The notes beneath the pieces are model-generated. The model searched no databases. It was not told the DNA's origin and saw nothing but the letters and a program-made list of their open reading frames with translations. Of a DNA stretch of 58,342 nt, positions 18,414 through 26,586 are shown one piece after another (position 1 is the stretch's first letter; every line of letters starts with the position of its first letter). This DNA is from Acidimicrobiales bacterium (GTDB lineage: Bacteria > Actinomycetota > Acidimicrobiia > Acidimicrobiales > CADCTF01): NCBI GenBank assembly GCA_036380695.1, contig DASVEG010000202.1, positions 1-58,342 of the forward strand, given 5' to 3'. The translations under genes and the position numbers were made by a program.

Positions 18414-19055
18414 GTGAGCGACGAGTTCCCGCCCCCGCCCCCACCGCCGCAAGACCCGGACCGGCCCGGCGACCCGTACCCGCCGCCGCCCCCGCAGCAG
18501 CAACCGCCGCCCGGGTACCAGCAGGGCGGCTACCAGCAGTACGAGCCGTACCCCCAGCAGCCGCAGCCCGGGGGCAGGCCGGTCGACAACTTCGGCCGGC
18601 CCCTCGCCGACTGGTGGAAACGGTTGGTCGCCGCGATCATCGACGGGATCGTCATCGCGGTGCCGAGCGCGATCGTCGTCGTGGTCTTCCTCGGTGCAAG
18701 CGTGGCGGTCGACACCGGCACGGGCGACCTCGTGGCCGGCTTCGGCTCGTTCGTCTTCACCCTCGTCATCGGCGTGGCCTCGATCGCCTACTACGTCGTC
18801 CTCGACGGCGGGCCGCGCGGTCAGACCCTCGGCAAGATGGCCCTCAGCATCCAGGTGCGCGACGAGGTCGGCGGGGGCCCCATCGGGTACGGGCGGGGCG
18901 CCCTGCGCCGCCTGCTCCAGTTCGTCGCCAACTTCATCCCGTGCTTCGGCTCCCTCATCGTCATCCTCGACGGGTTGTGGCCGCTGTGGGACCCGAAGCG
19001 CCAGGCGTTGCACGACAAGATCGCCCGCAGCGTCGTCATCGACATCAGCCGCTGA
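18414..19055 (+). CDS. RDD-family membrane protein with Pro/Gln-rich N-terminus
   Basis: An RDD domain is present (WWKRLVAAIIDGIVI...GQTLGKMALSIQV...RQALHDKIARSVV). GTG 18414 gives MSDEFPPPPPPP, parallel to the paralogue. TTG 18378 is an alternative start. Confidence 0.85.
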   Translation: MSDEFPPPPPPPQDPDRPGDPYPPPPPQQQPPPGYQQGGYQQYEPYPQQPQPGGRPVDNFGRPLADWWKRLVAAIIDGIVIAVPSAIVVVVFLGASVAVDTGTGDLVAGFGSFVFTLVIGVASIAYYVVLDGGPRGQTLGKMALSIQVRDEVGGGPIGYGRGALRRLLQFVANFIPCFGSLIVILDGLWPLWDPKRQALHDKIARSVVIDISR

Positions 19056-19060
19056 CGCGA

Positions 19061-19086
19061 CGATGCCGGCCCGAAGGCCGGCATCG
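19061..19086. terminator. Bidirectional hairpin between the convergent RDD genes
   Basis: CGATGCCGGCC-cgaa-GGCCGGCATCG forms a perfect 11-bp stem with a 4-nt loop, 6 nt after the stop of the plus-strand RDD gene. Confidence 0.6.
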
Positions 19087-19126
19087 CACGATCGAAGCGG
19101 CTGCGCGCCGGCAGGCGCGCCGGCAG

Positions 19127-19609
19127 CTAGGCCGGTACCACCACGCTCTTCGTCACCTTGTCGCCGAGGGTCTGGCGCTGCGCGTCGAAGAACGGGAGCA
19201 CCCAACCGAGGCTGCACGGGATGCCGTTGACGAGGCCGCGCACGAACGCCATGGCAAAGCCGATGGGCTGGCCACCGTTCTCGAGGCCGACGAGCTTGAT
19301 GCCCTGCGACTTCTTCCCGACCGACTGGCCCGTCGTGCCCTCCTGGTAGATGTTCCAGAACGAGAACCCGACCAGCGCGAGGTAGCCCACGATCCCGATC
19401 AGGGCACCGAGGCCGTCGTTGACGGCGCCGAAGATCCCGCCGACGATCAGGATCGCGATGAACCCCACGAAGGGGATCGCGACGAAGTCGATGAGGAAAG
19501 CGATGACCCGCGGGCCGATCTCGGCAAGCGGCGGTGTCCCACCTGGTCCGGCGGGGGCACCGTATCCCCCACTGGGAGGGGGGGGAGGAGGAGGCGGTAG
19601 GTCGCTCAC
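19127..19609 (-). CDS. RDD-family membrane protein (paralogue)
   Basis: GTG 19609 (MSDLPPPPPPPPSGG) is preceded by AAGGA. RDD-domain features are present (RVIAFLIDFVAI...GQSVGKKSQGIKL...RQTLGDKVTKSVV). Confidence 0.85.
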   Translation of the reverse strand: MSDLPPPPPPPPSGGYGAPAGPGGTPPLAEIGPRVIAFLIDFVAIPFVGFIAILIVGGIFGAVNDGLGALIGIVGYLALVGFSFWNIYQEGTTGQSVGKKSQGIKLVGLENGGQPIGFAMAFVRGLVNGIPCSLGWVLPFFDAQRQTLGDKVTKSVVVPA

Positions 19610-19704
19610 GCGAACTCGTCCTTTCGTTCCGCCGAAGTGGCTCCCGCGCACGGTACCGCCAGCGGAAGCGACCGTGGTGGATAACCGTCGGTACCCTTTT
19701 CGCC

Positions 19705-20466
19705 ATGGCCGAGCTCGTGATCCCTCGCCCCCCTACCTTCTCCTCGGTCGAGGAAGAGCGCCAGCACCGCAAGCAGCGCCTGGCCGCCGGGTTCCGCCTG
19801 TTCTCCAGGTTCGGGTTCGACGAGGGCGTCGCCGGCCACATCACGGCGCGCGATCCCGACCTCGACGACCACTTCTGGGTCAACCCGTTCGCGATGCACT
19901 TCAGCCAGATCCGCGCCAGCGACCTCGTGCTCGTCAACCACCAGGGCGAGGTCGTCGAGGGCAACCGCGTCGTGAACACCGCGGCGTTCGCGATCCACTC
20001 GCAGGTGCACGCGGCCCGGCCCGACGTCGTCGCCGCCGCGCACTCCCACTCCACCTACGGGCGGGCGTGGTCGAGCCTCGGGCGCAAGCTCGACCCCATC
20101 ACCCAGGACGTGTGCGCGTTCTACGGCGACCACGCCGTCTTCGACGACTACACGGGCGTCGTGCTCGACACCGAGGAGGGCAAGCGCATCGCCCACGCCC
20201 TCGGCGACAACAAGGCGGTGATCCTCCGGAACCACGGCCTGCTCACGGTCGGGCACTCCGTCGACGAGGCCGTCTGGTGGTTCATCACCATGGAGCGCTC
20301 GTGCCAGGTGCAGCTGCTCGCCGAGGCCGCCGGCACGCCGGTGGTCATCGACGAGGAGATGGCGCAGCTGACGTCGACGCAGGTGGGGTCGCACACCGCC
20401 GGGTGGTTCTCCTTCCAACCGCTGTACGACCGCATCGTCCGCGAGCAGCCCGACCTGCTCGACTGA
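19705..20466 (+). CDS. Class II aldolase/adducin-domain protein
   Basis: ATG 19705 lies within track ORF 19534..20466. Contains GHITARDP...NTAAFAIHSQVH...AAAHSHSTYG...ILRNHGLLTVG. Confidence 0.9.
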   Translation: MAELVIPRPPTFSSVEEERQHRKQRLAAGFRLFSRFGFDEGVAGHITARDPDLDDHFWVNPFAMHFSQIRASDLVLVNHQGEVVEGNRVVNTAAFAIHSQVHAARPDVVAAAHSHSTYGRAWSSLGRKLDPITQDVCAFYGDHAVFDDYTGVVLDTEEGKRIAHALGDNKAVILRNHGLLTVGHSVDEAVWWFITMERSCQVQLLAEAAGTPVVIDEEMAQLTSTQVGSHTAGWFSFQPLYDRIVREQPDLLD

Positions 20467-20512
20467 GCACGCGGCTTGGCGGTCGCGCCGGGCCACCGAG
20501 TACGAAGGGGCG

Positions 20513-21694
20513 ATGCCCCAGGACTGGCCGCTGCGGTTCGGGATCTTCCTCGCCCCGTTCCACCCGCCTCACCGCAACCCGACGCTGGCGCTGCAGCGCG
20601 ACCTCGAGCTGATCGTGCGGCTCGACGAGCTCGGCTACGACGAGGCGTGGATCGGCGAACATCACTCCGCGGGTTTCGAGATCGTCGCGTCGCCCGAGGT
20701 GTTCATCGCCGCCGCTGCGGAACGGACGACGCGCATCCGCCTCGGCACCGGCGTCAGCTCGCTGCCGTACCACCACCCCTTGATGCTCGCCGACCGGATG
20801 GTGCTGCTCGACCACCTCACCCGCGGCCGGGTGATGCTGGGGTGCGGCCCGGGAGCGCTCCCCTCCGACGCGTTCATGATGGGCATCGAGGTCGACAAGC
20901 AACGCGAGATGATGGAGCAGGCGCTCGAGGCGATCCTCGCCCTGCTCGACGGCACCGAGCCGGTCACGCGCGACTGCGGCTGGTTCACGTTGCGCGACGC
21001 CCGGCTCCAGCTCCGGCCGTACTCCCACCCGCGCATGGAGGTCGCGGTCGCCGCGCAGGTCTCCCCTTCCGGGCCGCGCGCCGCCGGTCGCTTCGGTCTC
21101 GGCCTCCTCTCCATCGGCGCGACGTCGCAAGGCGGCTTCGACGTGCTCGGCGCGCACTGGAGCGTCATGGAGGAACGCGCCGCGGAGTTCGGCTCGACCG
21201 TCGACCGGAAGCAGTGGCGCCTCGTCGGTCCGATGCACATCGCCGAGACCGAGGAGCAGGCCCGCAAGGACGTCGAGTTCGGTCTCGCCGACTGGGCGAA
21301 GTACTTCCGGGAGGTCGCCGCGCTCCCCCTCGGCCCGGCCACCGACAACCCGGCCGAGCTCGTCGACGCGATGAACGCGTCGGGCCTCGCCGTCATCGGC
21401 ACGCCCGACCAGGCGGCAGCGCAGGTCGAGCGTCTCGTGGAGCAGTCGGGCGGCTTCGGCACCTACCTGTTCATGGCGAACGACTGGGCCGACCGCGAGG
21501 CGATGTTGCGGTCGTACGAGCTGTTCGCCCGCGAGGTGATGCCCCGCTTCCAGGGGTCGACCGTCACGACCACCGCCTCGCGCGACTGGGCGGCCGCGAA
21601 CCGCCCCACGTTCATCGGCGCGGCCGGCGCCGCGGTGATGAAGGCCATCCAGGACCACGCCACGGAGAGAGCCGACAAGGCCGCGAGGGCGTAG
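20513..21694 (+). CDS. LLM-class (luciferase-like) flavin-dependent oxidoreductase
   Basis: 393 aa with FGIFLAPFH...LDELGYDEAWIGEHHS. The overall pattern resembles limonene-monooxygenase-like LLM proteins. Confidence 0.9.
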   Translation: MPQDWPLRFGIFLAPFHPPHRNPTLALQRDLELIVRLDELGYDEAWIGEHHSAGFEIVASPEVFIAAAAERTTRIRLGTGVSSLPYHHPLMLADRMVLLDHLTRGRVMLGCGPGALPSDAFMMGIEVDKQREMMEQALEAILALLDGTEPVTRDCGWFTLRDARLQLRPYSHPRMEVAVAAQVSPSGPRAAGRFGLGLLSIGATSQGGFDVLGAHWSVMEERAAEFGSTVDRKQWRLVGPMHIAETEEQARKDVEFGLADWAKYFREVAALPLGPATDNPAELVDAMNASGLAVIGTPDQAAAQVERLVEQSGGFGTYLFMANDWADREAMLRSYELFAREVMPRFQGSTVTTTASRDWAAANRPTFIGAAGAAVMKAIQDHATERADKAARA

Positions 21695-21714
21695 CAGCCA
21701 GCCCACCTCGCTCG

Positions 21715-21765
21715 CGTTCCGGAGGCAATAGAGGCGGCTGCACCGCCTCTATTGCCTCCGGAACG
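21715..21765. repeat. Family-1 hairpin repeat, copy a (perfect 23-bp arms, 5-nt loop)
   Basis: CGTTCCGGAGGCAATAGAGGCGG ctgca CCGCCTCTATTGCCTCCGGAACG. The left arm is identical to 32365-32387. Confidence 0.9.
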
Positions 21766-21818
21766 AAGAAAGCCGACGCGCAGGTACCGCTTTCGGGCGC
21801 CCCGAACGTTTAGGAGGC

Positions 21819-22400
21819 GTGGAGAGCGCAGAAGCGTTGGGGGCGGCGGGAGTGGTCGCACTGTCGTGGCGGGGGGCGACCCCGGCCGAGGCCGTAGAGG
21901 CGCACGTACCGGCGCACGCACAGTCCGAGGCCTTCGAGGCCGTCTACTGGCCGCTGTTCCTGCGGGCCTTCCGGTTGGCGTACCGCATCGTCGCCAACCG
22001 GGCCGAGGCCGAGGACATCGCCGCCGAGGCACTCGCCCGCGCCCACCTCCACTGGTCGAAGGTCGGGACACTGCCCTATCGCGACGCGTGGGTCCTGCGC
22101 GTCGCGTCGAACCTCTCGCGCAGCGCCGTCCGCCGGCGCCGGCGCGATCCCGACCCTTCGTTCGCAGCGCCGTTCGACGACGCCGTCGTGGTTCGCGCTG
22201 CGGTCGACGCCGCGGTGTCGTCGCTCCCCCGCCGCCAGCGGGAAGCGATCTCGCTCCGCTTCCTGGCTGGTCTCGACCTCGACGAGATCGCGGCCTGCCT
22301 CGGCATCTCGACCGAAAGCACCCGCACGCACATCCGGCGGGGTCTGGGCGCGCTCCGGACCCAGCTCACCTTGGAGGAGTCCGACCTTGCTCTCGATTGA
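21819..22400 (+). CDS. ECF-type RNA polymerase sigma-70 factor
   Basis: Region 2 (RLAYRIVANRAEAEDIAAEALARAHLHW) and region 4 (LPRRQREAISLRFLAGLDLDEIAACLGISTESTRTHIRRGL) are present. The exact start is uncertain. Confidence 0.88.
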   Translation: MESAEALGAAGVVALSWRGATPAEAVEAHVPAHAQSEAFEAVYWPLFLRAFRLAYRIVANRAEAEDIAAEALARAHLHWSKVGTLPYRDAWVLRVASNLSRSAVRRRRRDPDPSFAAPFDDAVVVRAAVDAAVSSLPRRQREAISLRFLAGLDLDEIAACLGISTESTRTHIRRGLGALRTQLTLEESDLALD

Positions 22401-23682
22401 CGAACTCATGCCCTCCCGGCAGCCGGACGAGGTCCTTGGCGACATCGTCCGCCGCAGCCGCCGCCAGCGCCGCCGCCGCGTGGCCGTCGGCGCGTCGCCT
22501 GTCCTCGCGGTCGCCCTCGTGCTCGGCGCGCTCGCGCTGCCGAGCGGCTCGTCGCTCTCGCTCGACACCGCACCCGCGAGCGATGGTGACGCCGACTCGA
22601 GCGGGCGAAGCGTCGACGCCATCGATGCCAGTGGAGAGGACGCAGGCGGCTCGGTGGACGCGCGTCGCTCCAGCGGTTCGGCGGGCGGAACCGGCCAACG
22701 GGTCGGGACCCGATCGGGTGCCGGTACGAACGGCACGGGCTCGGGGACCGCGGCGAGCCCGCTCGCCGCCCTCCCGGGCTCCGAGGGCCCCGCGCCCCAG
22801 CCCGACCTGACGTTGCCCGCGCTCACGAGCGACCCCGTCGTGTTCCTCACCGACCGGGACGGGCGCGGCGCCGTCTGGACGATGGACGCGGACGGCGCGC
22901 GCCCGAGGCTCGTCGTCGAGGATGCCGGCATCAAGGGCATTGCCGTCTCGCCAGACGGCAGCCAGGTCGCCTTCGCATCGTCGCCGAACGCCAGCGACCG
23001 GGACAGCGTGCTGTACGTCGTCCCTCGAGCGGGCGGGGAACCGCGCCTCGTGCACTCGTCGCCCGACTACGGGATCCTCTCGCCGGACTGGTCGCCGGAC
23101 GGCTCGACCTTCCTGTTCGTGGCCGTTCCGAAGACGCCTGGTGTGAGCGCGCTGAACAACAGCGTCAACGCCGGTCCGCGCGTCGAAGTCAGGGCGGTCG
23201 GCGTGGACGGGACGGGAGACCGGTTCGTCGCGAACGACGGGACGTCGCCACGGTGGTCGGCCGACGGGACCCGCATCGTGTTCCTCCGCTCTGGCGAAGG
23301 CATCTTCACGGCGAACGCGGACGGAACCGATCAGCGCAACATTGGAGCCGGCGGGAGCCCCGCATGGTCACCAGACGGGCGGATCGTCTTCCTCTCGAAT
23401 TCGAACGTCGCGGTGATGGACGCGGACGGCACCAACCAGCAGGTGCTCACCGCAGCACCGCAAGGAACCGGCTTCTACTCCCCGTCGTGGTCGACGGACG
23501 GCAAGGCCATCGTCGCCTGGAAGCAGAGCCCCAGCGGGTGCGCAGTCGGCACGAACCAGACCTGCGACGTGCCGAGGGTGATCGTCATCATGCGGCCCGA
23601 CGGCTCCGGCCATCGCACGATCTCCTCGTCGGCGTCCGAGTGGCTCCCGCGCTTCCCCGCCTTCCGGAAGCAGGCCCGCTAG
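22387..23682 (+). CDS. Putative anti-sigma factor with extracytoplasmic TolB-like (PD40/WD40-like) beta-propeller
   Basis: Overlaps the sigma gene by 14 nt. Has a short cytoplasmic segment, one TM helix (VAVGASPVLAVALVLGALAL) and a Ser/Gly-rich linker. These are followed by repeated [VI]xxSPDGxxxxF and WSPDG / WSADG / WSTDG blades. Confidence 0.75.
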   Translation: MLSIDELMPSRQPDEVLGDIVRRSRRQRRRRVAVGASPVLAVALVLGALALPSGSSLSLDTAPASDGDADSSGRSVDAIDASGEDAGGSVDARRSSGSAGGTGQRVGTRSGAGTNGTGSGTAASPLAALPGSEGPAPQPDLTLPALTSDPVVFLTDRDGRGAVWTMDADGARPRLVVEDAGIKGIAVSPDGSQVAFASSPNASDRDSVLYVVPRAGGEPRLVHSSPDYGILSPDWSPDGSTFLFVAVPKTPGVSALNNSVNAGPRVEVRAVGVDGTGDRFVANDGTSPRWSADGTRIVFLRSGEGIFTANADGTDQRNIGAGGSPAWSPDGRIVFLSNSNVAVMDADGTNQQVLTAAPQGTGFYSPSWSTDGKAIVAWKQSPSGCAVGTNQTCDVPRVIVIMRPDGSGHRTISSSASEWLPRFPAFRKQAR

Positions 23683-23691
23683 GAGCCTCGG

Positions 23692-25266
23692 TCAGAACCG
23701 AGCTGCCGGCGATTCCATCCGTTCGGCGGCCGCGTCCCCCGATGGGAGGGGCCGGCCGTCGAACGTCGGGATCAACTGGCGGGCGGCCCGCGCCTCGTCC
23801 ACCCTTCGAACGGGGGCGGTACGGGGCGCGGCCTTCGCGCTCTCGGCGCTGCCGGCGTCGGCCGCCTCCTTGGCGATCCGCTCGAACGCCGCAGCCATGG
23901 CCTCGAGCGTCTGCGGGCTCTCCGTCTCCGTCGGCTCGATCATCAGCGCCTCGTCGACGATCAGCGGGAAGTACACGGTCGGCGCGTGGAAGCCCTCTTC
24001 CAGCAACCGCTTGGCGACGTCGAGCGCCTTGAGCCCCGTCGCCTTCTTCAACGACACGGTTGCCGCCACGAACTCGTGCATGTTGGGACGGTCGTGCGGG
24101 ATGTCGTAGACGCCCCGCAGCCGGTGGCGGAGCCAGTTGGCGTTGAGGACGGCGCCCTCTGCGACCCGGCGCAGGCCGTCTCCCCCGTTGGCGAGGATGT
24201 ACGACCACGCCCTCGCCAGGGCCAGCGTGTTGCCGTGCCAGGAATGGATGCGCCCAATCGAGCGGGGCGGTGTGTGCCACGAGTACACGCCGGCGTCGTC
24301 CGCGATCGGCAGTGGGCCGGGCAGGAACTCGGCGAGGCGCTGCTTGACAGCGACGGGTCCGGCACCAGGGCCACCGCCGCCGTGAGGGACCGCGAAGGTC
24401 TTGTGCAGGTTCATGTGCACGATGTCGAAGCCCATGTCGCCGGGCCGGGTGACACCGAGGATCGCGTTGAGGTTGGCGCCGTCGTAATACAGCAGGCCGC
24501 CGACCTCGTGCACCGCGGCGGCGATGGCGGTGATGTCCTCCTCGAACAGCCCGAGGGTGTTCGGGTTCGTGAGCATGATGCCGGCGACGTCGTCGTCGAG
24601 CCGCTTGCGCAGCTCGTCGATGTCGACGAGCCCACGGTCGTCGGACGGAACCGTCACCGTCTCGTAGCCGCCGAGGGTGACCGACGCGGGGTTCGTGCCG
24701 TGCGCGCTGTCGGGGATGATCACCTTCGTCCGCTGTCGGCCCTGGGCCTCGTGCCACGCCCTCATGAGCAGCAAGCCAGTGAGCTCGCCTGCCGCGCCGG
24801 CGGGCGGCTGGAGTGTGATGGCGTCCATGCCCGTGACCTCGCAGAGCGAACGCCCGAGGTCGTCGAGCAGCGCCATCCACCCCTGGGTGAGCGAGGCCGG
24901 CGCGGCGGGGTGGGCGCGTGCCAACCCCGGGAGCCCTGCGGCGTCGTCGCACAGCTTCGGGTTGTACTTCATCGTGCACGAGCCGAGCGGGTAGGCGCCG
25001 AGGTCGACGGAGTACTGCCGGTGCGTCAGCCGGGTCACGTGCGCGACGAGGTCGCGCTCGGACACCTCGCACATGTCGTGCGCGGTGTCCGACAGGTGGT
25101 CTCGCGGCACGAGCTCGTCTGCGCTCCACTCGGGCAGGCCGGTGGTGCGGAAGCTCCACGCCTTACGGCCCGGCGCCGAGAGCTCGAAGATCGTCGGCTC
25201 CTCGTCGCGCCCCATGAGGGGTGCGGAGGTCGCCTTGCCCCCGGCCTTCGCGGTCGCCGGCGTCAT
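23692..25266 (-). CDS. gcvPB: Glycine dehydrogenase (aminomethyl-transferring) subunit 2
   Basis: 524 aa with the typical P-protein C-terminal half (LGSCTMKYNP...NLHKTFAVPHGGGGPG). The ATG overlaps the gcvPA stop (ATGA). Confidence 0.95.
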   Translation of the reverse strand: MTPATAKAGGKATSAPLMGRDEEPTIFELSAPGRKAWSFRTTGLPEWSADELVPRDHLSDTAHDMCEVSERDLVAHVTRLTHRQYSVDLGAYPLGSCTMKYNPKLCDDAAGLPGLARAHPAAPASLTQGWMALLDDLGRSLCEVTGMDAITLQPPAGAAGELTGLLLMRAWHEAQGRQRTKVIIPDSAHGTNPASVTLGGYETVTVPSDDRGLVDIDELRKRLDDDVAGIMLTNPNTLGLFEEDITAIAAAVHEVGGLLYYDGANLNAILGVTRPGDMGFDIVHMNLHKTFAVPHGGGGPGAGPVAVKQRLAEFLPGPLPIADDAGVYSWHTPPRSIGRIHSWHGNTLALARAWSYILANGGDGLRRVAEGAVLNANWLRHRLRGVYDIPHDRPNMHEFVAATVSLKKATGLKALDVAKRLLEEGFHAPTVYFPLIVDEALMIEPTETESPQTLEAMAAAFERIAKEAADAGSAESAKAAPRTAPVRRVDEARAARQLIPTFDGRPLPSGDAAAERMESPAARF

Positions 25267-26582
25267 CGGATTGCCTTTTCCATCGCGCTCACGAACCCGT
25301 CGATCTCGTCCTTCGTCCGCCGCTCGGTCACGGCCACCAGCAAGCCGCCGCCGTACTCGTCTTTAAGCGGGACCCCGGCGAGGTAGCCCTCCTCCGCGAG
25401 GCGATCGACGACGACGTCGCCCCCGACCGGCGTGCGGATCGCGAACTCTCGCAGCGTGGGCGTCGCGCCCGTCAGCGGCTCGATGCCGTCGACCGCGAGC
25501 AGTTGCTCTCGCGCGTACCTGGTGCCGCGCGCACAGCGGACGGCGAGCTCGCGCAAGCCACTCGTGCCCAACCACATGAGCTGGATGGCGCAGCACACCG
25601 CGATGAGCGTCTGGTTGGTGCAGACGTTCGACGACGCCTTCTCGCGGCGGATGTCCTGCTCGCGGGTGCGCAGCGTCGTGACGTACGCGCGCCTGCCGTC
25701 GACGTCGACCGTCTCGCCGACGAGACGACCGGGAAGGCGGCGCACGTGGTCGGTCTTGCAGGCGAAAAGGCCGAGGTACGGGCCGCCGAACGACAGCGGC
25801 GTGCCAAACGGTTGCCCCTCCCCCACGACCACGTCGGCGCCGTACGACCCGGGCGTCCGGAGCACGCCCGCGGCCACGGGATCGAACACGACCAACAGCA
25901 ACGCACCCGTCTCGCGCGCGACCTGCGCGGCGCGCTCGATGTCGTCGAGGCAGCCGAGGTAGTTGGGGTACTGCAGGAGGACGGCGCCAGGGCTTCCCTC
26001 CCCCGGCCAATGCGTCACCCCGTCGGCGAGGTCGATGTCGACGATCTCGTGACCGGTGCCCGCCGCGTACGTGCGCATGACCGCGCGGAAGTTGGGGTGC
26101 ACGCCGCGGCTCGCCCACACGACCTCGCGCTTCGTCGCCGCGGTCGCGAGGTTCATGGCCTCGACGCAGGCCGTCGCGCCGTCGTACAGCGAGGCGTTGG
26201 CGATGGGTACGCCCGCGAGCCGCGTCAGCAGCGTCTGGTACTCGAACAGCGCCTGCAGGACGCCCTGGCTGACCTCGGGCTGGTACGGCGTGTACGCGGT
26301 GACGAACTCGCTGCGGAACGCGAGCCGGGTCACGGCCGACGGGATCTCGTGGTCGTAAGCGCCGCCACCCGCGAAGCACACGAGGTCGGTGGCGTTGGCC
26401 GAGGCGAGGCGCTCCATCTCCGCGAGGGTGTCGAACTCCGACAGCCCGTCGGGGAGGTCGAGCCCGGAGGCGAGGCGGAGCGCGTCGGGGATCGACGTGA
26501 AGAGCACGTCGAGCGAGGAGAGCCCCATGAACTGCAGCATCTCGTCGATCTCGGCGTCGGTATGGGGGACGTAGTGGCCCAA
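25263..26582 (-). CDS. gcvPA: Glycine dehydrogenase (aminomethyl-transferring) subunit 1
   Basis: TTG 26582 (LGHYVPHTDAEIDEML...) lies 4 nt after the gcvT stop. Contains AYTPYQPEVSQG. Only the lower 1320 nt of track ORF 25263..27017 is used. Confidence 0.93.
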   Translation of the reverse strand: MGHYVPHTDAEIDEMLQFMGLSSLDVLFTSIPDALRLASGLDLPDGLSEFDTLAEMERLASANATDLVCFAGGGAYDHEIPSAVTRLAFRSEFVTAYTPYQPEVSQGVLQALFEYQTLLTRLAGVPIANASLYDGATACVEAMNLATAATKREVVWASRGVHPNFRAVMRTYAAGTGHEIVDIDLADGVTHWPGEGSPGAVLLQYPNYLGCLDDIERAAQVARETGALLLVVFDPVAAGVLRTPGSYGADVVVGEGQPFGTPLSFGGPYLGLFACKTDHVRRLPGRLVGETVDVDGRRAYVTTLRTREQDIRREKASSNVCTNQTLIAVCCAIQLMWLGTSGLRELAVRCARGTRYAREQLLAVDGIEPLTGATPTLREFAIRTPVGGDVVVDRLAEEGYLAGVPLKDEYGGGLLVAVTERRTKDEIDGFVSAMEKAIR

Positions 26583-26586
26583 CGGA

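Noticed and set aside
19090-19126. GCGCGCCGGCAG direct repeat after the RDD terminator
   Set aside because: It is a short, GC-only duplication of self-complementary CCGG/GCGC motifs. This is expected by chance in this composition and has no second copy elsewhere.
21715-21765. Integron attC-like site, given the imperfect palindrome with GTT/AAC ends near a tyrosine recombinase gene
   Set aside because: The polarity is wrong: it reads GTTCCGG...CCGGAAC, whereas attC reads RYYYAAC...GTTRRRY. The arms are perfectly paired without extrahelical bases, there is no cassette array, and the recombinase lies 5 kb away and is Xer-like.
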